Below, piece after piece: positions 57,245 through 64,000 of a stretch of 64,000 nt of DNA. Source of the stretch: Candidatus Moraniibacteriota bacterium (GTDB lineage: Bacteria > Patescibacteriota > Minisyncoccia > Moranbacterales > UBA1568); the NCBI GenBank assembly GCA_030648835.1, contig JAUSGT010000003.1, positions 65,307 through 129,306 on the forward strand, given 5' to 3'. The notes beneath the pieces were generated by a model that was given only the letters and a program-made list of their open reading frames with translations, was not told the origin of the DNA and did no database searches. Made by a program: the position numbers and the translations under genes. Position 1 is the first letter of the stretch, and every line of letters starts with the position of its first letter.

Positions 57245-58267
57245 ATGTCAGACGAACGCGTCGCTATCGGAACAAATATCGCTGTGCGGCTGGCTTTGGT
57301 TGTTTTGGCGGCATACTTCCTTTACTTTGTCCGAGATGTGGTTTTGGTTGTGTTGTTCGCGATCTTGACCGCGGCAGCGCTTTCACCTGCCATCAATAAA
57401 TTGCGGGAGTGGCATCTTTCTCGGGCGGCCGCCGTCATTATCGTGTATGCGGTTTTGTTTTTGGGCGGCGTGGCGCTGCTCGTGATATTGCTCCCGTTGT
57501 TTTTTTCGGAAGTGAAAGAATTCCTCGAGAACTGGCCGGAATATGTCAAACGTTTGGATTCATTTCTTTCCAATCTTCAGGTATATCTGAGCACACTCGG
57601 AATCGATTTTCAGAAAGATCAGTTTTTTCAGGACATCGAAGGGAATGTCGCCGGATGGCTTTCTCACATTTTCTCCACGACGCTTGGGTTGTTTCAGAGT
57701 TTTATCCATCTGATAGGATTCTTTTTCCTTGCGCTGTATCTTTCCTTGGAGGAAAGGGGAATTGAGAAATTCTTTCTCCTGTTGACGCCAAAAGAGTATC
57801 ACACGCAGGCGTTCTCGATCGCCTCTCGGATGCAGGGCAAGGTCAGTCAGTGGCTGGTAGGCCAGGCGCTTCTTATGCTCATCGCGTTTGTTATGTACTA
57901 TATCGGACTGACTGTGCTCCACGTCCCGTATGCCCTGGCGATCGCCTTTTTCGGCGGGATAATGGAGATTTTACCGTATATCGGGCCGGTGATCGCGGCT
58001 ATCCCGGCCATTATGATCGGATTTTTGGTTTCCCCCGTGCTTGGCGCTTCGGCTTTGATTTTTTACATCATCGCCCATCAGGTAGAAGCGCATATTATCG
58101 CTCCGCAAGTTATGAAACATTCAGCGGGACTCAATCCGGTTGCCCTCATTATCGCTATTTTGATCGGCGCGGAGCTGGCCGGTCCGCTCGGTATCATTCT
58201 GTCCGTACCGATCACGATGATGCTCTCCGTTTTTGTGGATGATATTTTGGAGAAGAGACAGGAATAA
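57245..58267 (+). CDS. AI-2E family transporter (second paralogue)
   Basis: IIAPQVMKHSAGLNPVALIIAILIGAELAGPLGIILSVPI conserved C-terminal block; 8 TM. Confidence 0.8.
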   Translation: MSDERVAIGTNIAVRLALVVLAAYFLYFVRDVVLVVLFAILTAAALSPAINKLREWHLSRAAAVIIVYAVLFLGGVALLVILLPLFFSEVKEFLENWPEYVKRLDSFLSNLQVYLSTLGIDFQKDQFFQDIEGNVAGWLSHIFSTTLGLFQSFIHLIGFFFLALYLSLEERGIEKFFLLLTPKEYHTQAFSIASRMQGKVSQWLVGQALLMLIAFVMYYIGLTVLHVPYALAIAFFGGIMEILPYIGPVIAAIPAIMIGFLVSPVLGASALIFYIIAHQVEAHIIAPQVMKHSAGLNPVALIIAILIGAELAGPLGIILSVPITMMLSVFVDDILEKRQE

Positions 58268-58275
58268 AAAAAGTA

Positions 58276-58365
58276 TAATGTAGCAGGTATCACGTATTAT
58301 GTATAATGTGGATACTGAAGTTTTCATATCTCATACCTGATACATAATACCTGATACGAGATACA
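58276..58365. repeat. heptamer repeat block with inverted halves upstream of rsmI
   Basis: gtagcaggtatcacgtattatgtataatgtgg...catacctgatacataatacctgatacgagatac. Confidence 0.8.
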
Positions 58366-58368
58366 ACT

Positions 58369-59037
58369 ATGGCTGGGATTCTCTACATTGTCGCTACTCC
58401 GATCGGAAACCTCTCCGACATCACGCTCCGCGCTCTTGAAACACTGAAAACAGTGGACGCGATTTTATGCGAGGACACACGAGTGACAGGAAAGCTTCTG
58501 TCACATTATGAAATCAAAAAGTCGCTTCTCTCGTGTCATGAGCACACGGATGAACGCAAGCTTGGGCAGATCATCGAACGATTGCGAAAAGGCGAGAACC
58601 TGGCTTTCGTATCCGATGCCGGAACGCCGGGGCTTTCCGACCCGGGCAATCGTTTGGTGGAGTTGGCGCTCGCGGCAGAAATTTCCGTGGTACCGCTCCC
58701 GGGGGTCTCGGCGCTCGCTACCATTGTTTCGGTGGCCGGTATCAGTATGCAAGAGTTTCTTTTCAGAGGATTTCCGCCGCATAAAAAAGGCCGAGAAACT
58801 TTTTTCAAGGCTGTGGCGGCAAGCGAGGTGCCGGTCGTGTATTATGAATCTCCCCATCGTGTGATGAAGAATTTGGAACTTTTACAAAAATTCGCACCGG
58901 ATGTAAAGATAATTATCGGGCGAGAGCTGACGAAAATGTTTGAAGAAGTTGTGCGGGGGAGTATTGAGGAAGGGCTCCGGTACTTTGCAGAGCATCCGGA
59001 GAAAGTGAAGGGGGAGTTTACTATCATTGTCTATTGA
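58369..59037 (+). CDS. rsmI: 16S rRNA (cytidine1402-2'-O)-methyltransferase
   Basis: GILYIVATPIGNLSDITLRALETLKTVDAILCEDTR. Confidence 0.9.
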   Translation: MAGILYIVATPIGNLSDITLRALETLKTVDAILCEDTRVTGKLLSHYEIKKSLLSCHEHTDERKLGQIIERLRKGENLAFVSDAGTPGLSDPGNRLVELALAAEISVVPLPGVSALATIVSVAGISMQEFLFRGFPPHKKGRETFFKAVAASEVPVVYYESPHRVMKNLELLQKFAPDVKIIIGRELTKMFEEVVRGSIEEGLRYFAEHPEKVKGEFTIIVY

Positions 59038-59079
59038 TGAGGTATAATGATGAGAAGAGAGTTGAGGCTTAAAAAGTTT

Positions 59080-59116
59080 TGAAGCCCGACAGTCGTGATA
59101 GACATATCGGGCTTCG
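59080..59116. terminator. bidirectional terminator hairpin (serves the minus-strand small ORF; T-run on minus strand)
   Basis: GAAGCCCGAcagtcgtgatagacatatCGGGCTTC; the minus strand continues AAAACTTTTT. Confidence 0.65.
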
Positions 59117-59143
59117 GTTGGAGAGAGATGAGGTTACTGGGGA

Positions 59144-59413
59144 TTACTGGTTACTGGCGACGTCCACGTTGCTTACGTGGGTGGCGATCCAGTTGAACCA
59201 GGCGCCGTTGGCGAAAGTGCAGTCACCACCGGTGTCACAGTCGGCTGACAGGTTGGTATAAACCAATCCGCCTATCAAGAGTACGACACCGAAACGGGCC
59301 AGCATTTTGAGCAGAAACTTCCTTCTTTTCTCTTTCTGCTCTTGCCGGCGTACGGTGCGCTCTATTATGGCGAGCTGAGACCTATTATAGGCATTCATTA
59401 TGACTTTTCTCCT
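59144..59413 (-). CDS. hypothetical small secreted/membrane protein with Cys-rich tail (ADCDTGGDCTFANGAWFNW)
   Basis: ORF with its own downstream terminator; one TM; its 3' end contains a TTACTGG x3 heptamer repeat (59134-59157). Confidence 0.4.
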   Translation of the reverse strand, partial: RRKVIMNAYNRSQLAIIERTVRRQEQKEKRRKFLLKMLARFGVVLLIGGLVYTNLSADCDTGGDCTFANGAWFNWIATHVSNVDVASNQ

Positions 59414-59514
59414 TTGGTTGGCGTTCAGTGATAAAATCACTCAGCAAAAATTGTTTATGAACTATTACAATTGTCCATTATACACTAAAAAACTGTTTGC
59501 GTCAAGTATATTAT

Positions 59515-60945
59515 ATGAGTAATGCCTCAAACAAGCCATTTTTTATCACTACACCGGTCTATTATGTGAATGGTAAGCCTCACATCGGACATGCCTATAC
59601 GACAATAGCTGCCGATGTGGTTGCCCGTTTTCAAAAAGGAAGTGGCAGAGAGATCTTTTTCTCTGTGGGAACCGATGAACACGGCGCGAAAATTGCCGCC
59701 AAGGCAAAAGAGAGCGAGAAAGACCCACAAGTTTTTGTTGATGAAATAAGCGAAGAATTCAAGAAACTTTGGGGGAAACTTCATATTCAGTACTCGAGTT
59801 TTATTCGAACAACAAATCCGAAGCATATTGCCGCTGTGCAAAAAGTTTTGCAAACTCTCTCTGACACAGGAGCTATTTACAAGGGTTTCTATGAAGGCCT
59901 CTATTGCGTTGGTTGTGAACAGTTTAAAACGGCAGATGATCTCGTGGATGGCAAGTGTCCGGATCACAATAGCGTGCCGGAGCTCATGAAGGAAGAAAGT
60001 TACCTTATGAAGATGACTGAGCTTCAACCTGAACTGACAAAAAAAATTAAAAACGATGAACTGGCGGTACGACCAGAACGTTATAAAAAAGAAATACTTT
60101 CTTTTTTGGAAGGCGAGAAACTTGAGGACATTTCTATTTCAAGAAAAAATGTTTCCTGGGGGATCCCGCTTCCGTTTGATAAGACGCATACGACATACGT
60201 CTGGGTAGATGCCTTTTTGAATTATTTGACTGTCTTCGGGTGGGACGGTGATGAAAAGAATGTTCCCAAGGAATGGCCGGCTGATGTTCAATTCATCGGG
60301 AAAGACATTCTTCGGGTACACGCTACGATTTGGCCGGTGATACTTATGCATCTTGGAATCCCGGTTCAGAAGACTCTCTTTACCCATGGGCATATTCTTT
60401 CCGGAGGGAAAAAAATGAGCAAGACTCTCGGTAATGTCATCGCCATTGATGATCTTTTGGAGCGTTTTGGTGTGGATGGGACGCGTTATCTTCTTCTTTC
60501 GGCCGGTCCGTTCGGGGAGGATGTTGATGTTACCGTAGAGCGGCTTACGGAAAAGTATAATGCCGACCTGGCGAATGGTTTAGGGAATTTGGTTTCGCGG
60601 GTGGTGAAGCTCGCCTCAAACTTACAATCAACAACTTACCGCCAACAACAGGGGGGGGAGGAATACCCTGAAGATTTAAAAAAACTTCTGAGTGGATACA
60701 AACTTTCCGAGGCGCTCCAGTATATTTGGAAAAAAGTGGCTGAGGCGAACAGATATATCGATGAAACGAAGCCGTGGGAATTGGTGACAACGAATCAGGC
60801 CGAGTTTGAAACAGTTATGCAAAAGCTTCTGGGCGATATTGCTTTTATAGCGTCTTGGATAGAACCATTCATGCCGGAAACAGCGGAGAAAATAAAGCAG
60901 GCGTTACAAGAAAGGAAAACAGTACCGCTTTTTGAACGAATCTGA
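59515..60945 (+). CDS. metG: methionyl-tRNA synthetase (short form; ATG at 59515 preferred over the TTG of the track ORF)
   Basis: PVYYVNGKPHIGHAYT (HIGH), KMSKTLGNV (KMSKS); Cys knuckles CVGCEQF...CPDHN. Confidence 0.9.
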   Translation: MSNASNKPFFITTPVYYVNGKPHIGHAYTTIAADVVARFQKGSGREIFFSVGTDEHGAKIAAKAKESEKDPQVFVDEISEEFKKLWGKLHIQYSSFIRTTNPKHIAAVQKVLQTLSDTGAIYKGFYEGLYCVGCEQFKTADDLVDGKCPDHNSVPELMKEESYLMKMTELQPELTKKIKNDELAVRPERYKKEILSFLEGEKLEDISISRKNVSWGIPLPFDKTHTTYVWVDAFLNYLTVFGWDGDEKNVPKEWPADVQFIGKDILRVHATIWPVILMHLGIPVQKTLFTHGHILSGGKKMSKTLGNVIAIDDLLERFGVDGTRYLLLSAGPFGEDVDVTVERLTEKYNADLANGLGNLVSRVVKLASNLQSTTYRQQQGGEEYPEDLKKLLSGYKLSEALQYIWKKVAEANRYIDETKPWELVTTNQAEFETVMQKLLGDIAFIASWIEPFMPETAEKIKQALQERKTVPLFERI

Positions 60946-60950
60946 TTTTT

Positions 60951-61040
60951 GTATCAGGTAGCATGTATCAGGTATTAGGCGATGTCTTGTTAGATTCTGC
61001 AAAAATACATGATACATAATACACGATACATTATACCTCT
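60951..61040. repeat. heptamer repeat block with inverted halves upstream of tatD
   Basis: gtatcaggtagcatgtatcaggtattagg...catgatacataatacacgatacattatacc. Confidence 0.8.
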
Positions 61041-61043
61041 GGT

Positions 61044-61958
61044 ATGCTTGATATTCACGCCCATTTGTTTTGGAAATCGTATGATACGGATCGTGACGTT
61101 GTGATTGAACGCGCTCGGGCAGCGGGGGTGACGAAGATGATCTGCGTTGGCACCGAGCCGGAGGATAATCCTCTCGCTATAAAAATGGCCGAAAAATATG
61201 AGGGCGTTTTTGCTGCGGTAGGGATACACCCACACTTTTTCAATAAGAATATTTTTTTGTGTCATTCCCGCGAAGGCGGGAATCCAGGAAACAAAGAAAA
61301 TTCTGGATCCCGGGTCAAGCCCGGGATGACAGTCCTTGAGGGTTTGGTAAATGATTTAAAAAAACTGGCGAAACATGCGAGAGTTGTAGCTATCGGGGAG
61401 TGTGGCTTGGATTACTATTCGCATGACAAGACAAAAGTCATCACGGATGAGCAGAAAGCGTTACAAAAAGAGGGGTTTCTTGCGCAAATTGAGATTGCCC
61501 AAGAGCTTGGTTTGCCACTTATTGTGCATACCCGCCCATCTGTTGGGAGCATGGATGCCTACGCAGATGTCTTAAAAATTTTGCGTGATACAAAATACAT
61601 GATACATAATACGGTTTTGCATTGTTATCAGGGTGATACGGAAATAACCAAAAAATTTCTTGAACTCGAAAACGTTTATTTCTCCTTTGCTGGCAACATC
61701 ACTTATCCGGTGAAAGGGTCGTTTGTGGGAACGAAAAATGATGCGACTGAAACCGTGAAACTGGTGCTGCTGGAGAGGCTGTTTGTCGAGACGGACTGCC
61801 CATTTCTTGCACCGCAGAGCAAGCGTGGTCAACGTAATGAACCGGCATTTGTTATGGAAACGGCCGAGAAAATTGCTTCTCTCAAGGGGGTATCTGTTGG
61901 GGAGCTCAATCAAAGAGTGATTGAAAACAGCGAGCGAGTGTTTCGGGAAAATTGCTAG
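61044..61958 (+). CDS. tatD: TatD-family metal-dependent deoxyribonuclease carrying two in-frame repeat insertions
   Basis: MLDIHAHL, ...GECGLDY..., final DxP/ETD motifs; inserts are CHSREGGNPGNKENSGSRVKPGMT (palindromic element) and RDTKYMIHNT (heptamer repeat). Confidence 0.85.
   Translation: MLDIHAHLFWKSYDTDRDVVIERARAAGVTKMICVGTEPEDNPLAIKMAEKYEGVFAAVGIHPHFFNKNIFLCHSREGGNPGNKENSGSRVKPGMTVLEGLVNDLKKLAKHARVVAIGECGLDYYSHDKTKVITDEQKALQKEGFLAQIEIAQELGLPLIVHTRPSVGSMDAYADVLKILRDTKYMIHNTVLHCYQGDTEITKKFLELENVYFSFAGNITYPVKGSFVGTKNDATETVKLVLLERLFVETDCPFLAPQSKRGQRNEPAFVMETAEKIASLKGVSVGELNQRVIENSERVFRENC
61261..61330 (+). repeat. palindromic insertion element (RPE-like) in-frame within tatD
   Basis: GTCATTCCCGCGAAGGCGGGAATCCAGGAAACAAAGAAAATTCTGGATCCCGGGTCAAGCCCGGGATGAC. 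Confidence 0.85.
61586..61613 (+). repeat. heptamer repeat in-frame inside tatD
   Basis: gatacaaaatacatgatacataatacg, the same family as the intergenic arrays at 57207, 58330 and 61000. Confidence 0.75.
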
Positions 61959-62014
61959 ATTATATGGACTGGGCTATATTTGAGGTATTGAGGCGTAACA
62001 AATGATGCAAGAGT

Positions 62015-62386
62015 ATGGATTTTGATTCACCAGAGGCTGTAGCGACATCAGCGGCAGAACAGCAGGCGCAGGAAGAAGCGGCGCAAAAAGCAGCAGCTCG
62101 GAGAGAGCGGGGGGAGGCTAAGGGGGCTGATGGCGGTATGTATGAAAGCGTGGAAGATGAAGAGGTAGCTTCCGCGGAAAAAGCACGCGAGGAGAAAGTG
62201 GCGCGCAACAAAGAGATCGCAGCGAGTCTAGCCAAGCTTGAAACACAGAGAAAAAAAGCCGAAGAGGTTTCTGCCAAACTTGCCGTGGATGATCCGATGG
62301 TGCGTGTTTATAAAGAGATACTGGTGTCGATGCAGAAAGAGAAGGACGAATTGCTCGCGGAGTTTGATGGAGAGCCGAAGCAGTAA
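62015..62386 (+). CDS. hypothetical acidic Ala/Glu/Lys-rich coiled-coil protein
   Basis: ORF only; low-complexity; locally GC-rich. Confidence 0.35.
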   Translation: MDFDSPEAVATSAAEQQAQEEAAQKAAARRERGEAKGADGGMYESVEDEEVASAEKAREEKVARNKEIAASLAKLETQRKKAEEVSAKLAVDDPMVRVYKEILVSMQKEKDELLAEFDGEPKQ

Positions 62387-62491
62387 ATCCTTTTTGGTTG
62401 ACGTATAGGCATTTCGCTGATACAATAGAAGCGCTTTTGTGTTTACTCAAGCGCTTTTTCTTATATAATTTCTTTGTTGTAAGTCAGTCAC

Positions 62492-63244
62492 ATGGAAATA
62501 TCCATCGCCGCAGAAAAACTTTTCAGCATCGGGGGGCTCCCGGTGACCAATGCTTTTCTCATTGGTTTTTTGGTAAGTGTTTTTTTGATTCTTCTCACGC
62601 AAATTGTTGTGAAGAAGATGGCGCTCATCCCTCGCGGAGCTCAAAATGTTCTTGAAGTTATTTTTGAAGGGTTGCTTTCATTCATTGAAAGTGTTCTCGG
62701 AGACAAAGCTCAGGCGCGAAGATTTTTTCCGCTCATCACGACTATTTTTCTTTTCATCCTCGTTTCCAATTGGATCGGACTTCTGCCCGGCGCGGGGACT
62801 ATCGGTCTCACGCATCTGAAGGATGGACAGGCTACCATTGTTCCCTTTTTGCGCAGTACATCGGCAGATCTCAATTTTACCATCGCGCTTTCGATTATCG
62901 TTGTCCTGACCATCCAAGTGAGCGGCATTATGGCTTTGGGCATCGTGAAATACGGGAAGAAGTTTTTTGTCAGTCCTTTTCATAAACCGTATGGTTTGGG
63001 TACCATTATGGGGCTTTTGGAATTGGTGAGTGAGTTTGCCAAACTGCTTTCTTTTTCCTTCCGTCTTTTTGGGAACATTTTTGCCGGAGAGATTCTTCTC
63101 ATCGTGATGCTTCATCTGGTACCGTATTTCATCCCTTTGCCGTTCCTGTTTCTCGAGGTGTTTGTGGGGTTCATTCAGGCAGCGGTCTTTGCCATGCTGA
63201 CCTTGGTATTCCTCAAGATGGCGATGATGGAAGGGGCTCACTGA
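62492..63244 (+). CDS. atpB: F0F1 ATP synthase subunit a
   Basis: FRLFGNIFAGEILL (conserved Arg-containing helix), 5-6 TM. Confidence 0.9.
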   Translation: MEISIAAEKLFSIGGLPVTNAFLIGFLVSVFLILLTQIVVKKMALIPRGAQNVLEVIFEGLLSFIESVLGDKAQARRFFPLITTIFLFILVSNWIGLLPGAGTIGLTHLKDGQATIVPFLRSTSADLNFTIALSIIVVLTIQVSGIMALGIVKYGKKFFVSPFHKPYGLGTIMGLLELVSEFAKLLSFSFRLFGNIFAGEILLIVMLHLVPYFIPLPFLFLEVFVGFIQAAVFAMLTLVFLKMAMMEGAH

Positions 63245-63374
63245 TTCCACTTTGGTGGAATCACCATGAGCCTGTCGAAGGGTAAATCCTTCGGTTTCGC
63301 TCCGGATGGACAGATATGGAAAATAGCTATATAATGACTCAATTGTTAATATTATAAATAATTTAATTAAGTAA

Positions 63375-63608
<234 letters not shown>

Positions 63609-63610
63609 AA

Positions 63611-63713
63611 AATTCACTCACAACTTACAACCTACAACTCACGACGAAGAAGGCATTTTCATATATTGGATGACATAGTTGTCAGTCGTTGGTAGTCAGT
63701 CGTAAGTCCGTAA
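63611..63713. repeat. heptamer-periodic repeats between atpE and atpF
   Basis: cacaacttacaacctacaactcacgacg ... gtcagtcgttggtagtcagtcgtaagtccgtaac. Confidence 0.7.
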
Positions 63714-63715
63714 CT

Positions 63716-64000
63716 ATGGAAGCTTTAGCGAATTTGGGTGTTAATTGGAAACTTTTTTTGGCGCAAGCAGTGAATTTTTTGATCCTGCTTTTTATTCTGC
63801 GTCGTTTTGCGTATCGCCCGATGCTCGACTTTCTGGAGAAGCGCAGTGAGCGTATCGAAAAGGGGCTGCAAGATGCTGAAGCGGCCACCAAGAAACTTTC
63901 TGAGATGGAAGAAAAGGAGAAGAAAGTGCTCACGGCGGCGCGGAGCGAAGCCAAAACCCTCATAGAAGCTGCCGAAACAGCCGCCAAGAAACGCGATGCC
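63716..64000 (+). CDS. atpF: F0F1 ATP synthase subunit b (3' end outside window; not in ORF track because unterminated)
   Basis: Manual translation MEALANLGVNWKLFLAQAVNFLILLFILRRFAYRPMLDFLEKRSERIEKGLQDAEAATKK...: N-terminal TM helix plus long charged helix. Confidence 0.8.
   Translation, partial: MEALANLGVNWKLFLAQAVNFLILLFILRRFAYRPMLDFLEKRSERIEKGLQDAEAATKKLSEMEEKEKKVLTAARSEAKTLIEAAETAAKKRDA

Noticed and set aside
9116-61330. Inteins or group I/II introns as an explanation for the in-frame inserts
   Set aside because: Inserts are only 50-90 bp (15-30 aa), lack intein splicing blocks (no Cys/Ser...His-Asn boundaries) and lack intron catalytic structure; the palindromic DNA architecture fits MITE/RPE-like elements instead.
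63682-63987. 101-aa minus-strand ORF at the window end
   Set aside because: Antisense to atpF, whose N-terminal TM plus charged helix reads cleanly on the plus strand from 63716.

Overview
This is a gene-dense window, mostly housekeeping, from what looks like a small-genome bacterium. The CPR/Patescibacteria-like assignment is an inference from gene content, tight packing, weak SD sites and TGn extended -10 boxes.

Recognised content:
- 5'-truncated trypsin-like protease and a P1B-type ATPase
- MacB/FtsX-like ABC pair
- extracytoplasmic thiol-redox cluster
- xseA-xseB
- korA-korB
- complete minus-strand suf operon (rrf2-sufC-sufB-sufD-sufS-sufU-ferredoxin-DUF59)
- dus
- GC-rich pyrC plus pyrD-like pair
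- MFS transporter, mnmA, mutY
- orphan CuA cupredoxin
- two AI-2E transporters
- lgt followed by a glutaredoxin-like gene and two paralogous GH73-like genes
- GH-A hydrolase and SpoU methyltransferase
- surface protein coupled to an orphan histidine kinase
- HAD hydrolase and VanZ
- infC-rpmI-rplT
- predicted tmRNA next to smpB
- purA, guaB, argS, ileS, recO
- DUF11 surface protein
- tgt, glyQS, M16 peptidase, rsmI, metG, tatD
- start of an F0 ATP synthase operon (atpB, atpE, atpF partial)

No rRNA, tRNA, CRISPR array, transposase, integrase or reverse transcriptase was recognised.

Most unusual:
1. A family of 50-90 bp palindromic elements (termini GTCATYCCSG...CSGGGATGAC) inserted in-frame into at least five conserved genes (xseA, sufS, mnmA, mutY, tatD). 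This resembles Rickettsia palindromic elements.
2. Heptamer-periodic tandem repeats at gene junctions and sometimes in-frame inside aaRS/tatD genes.
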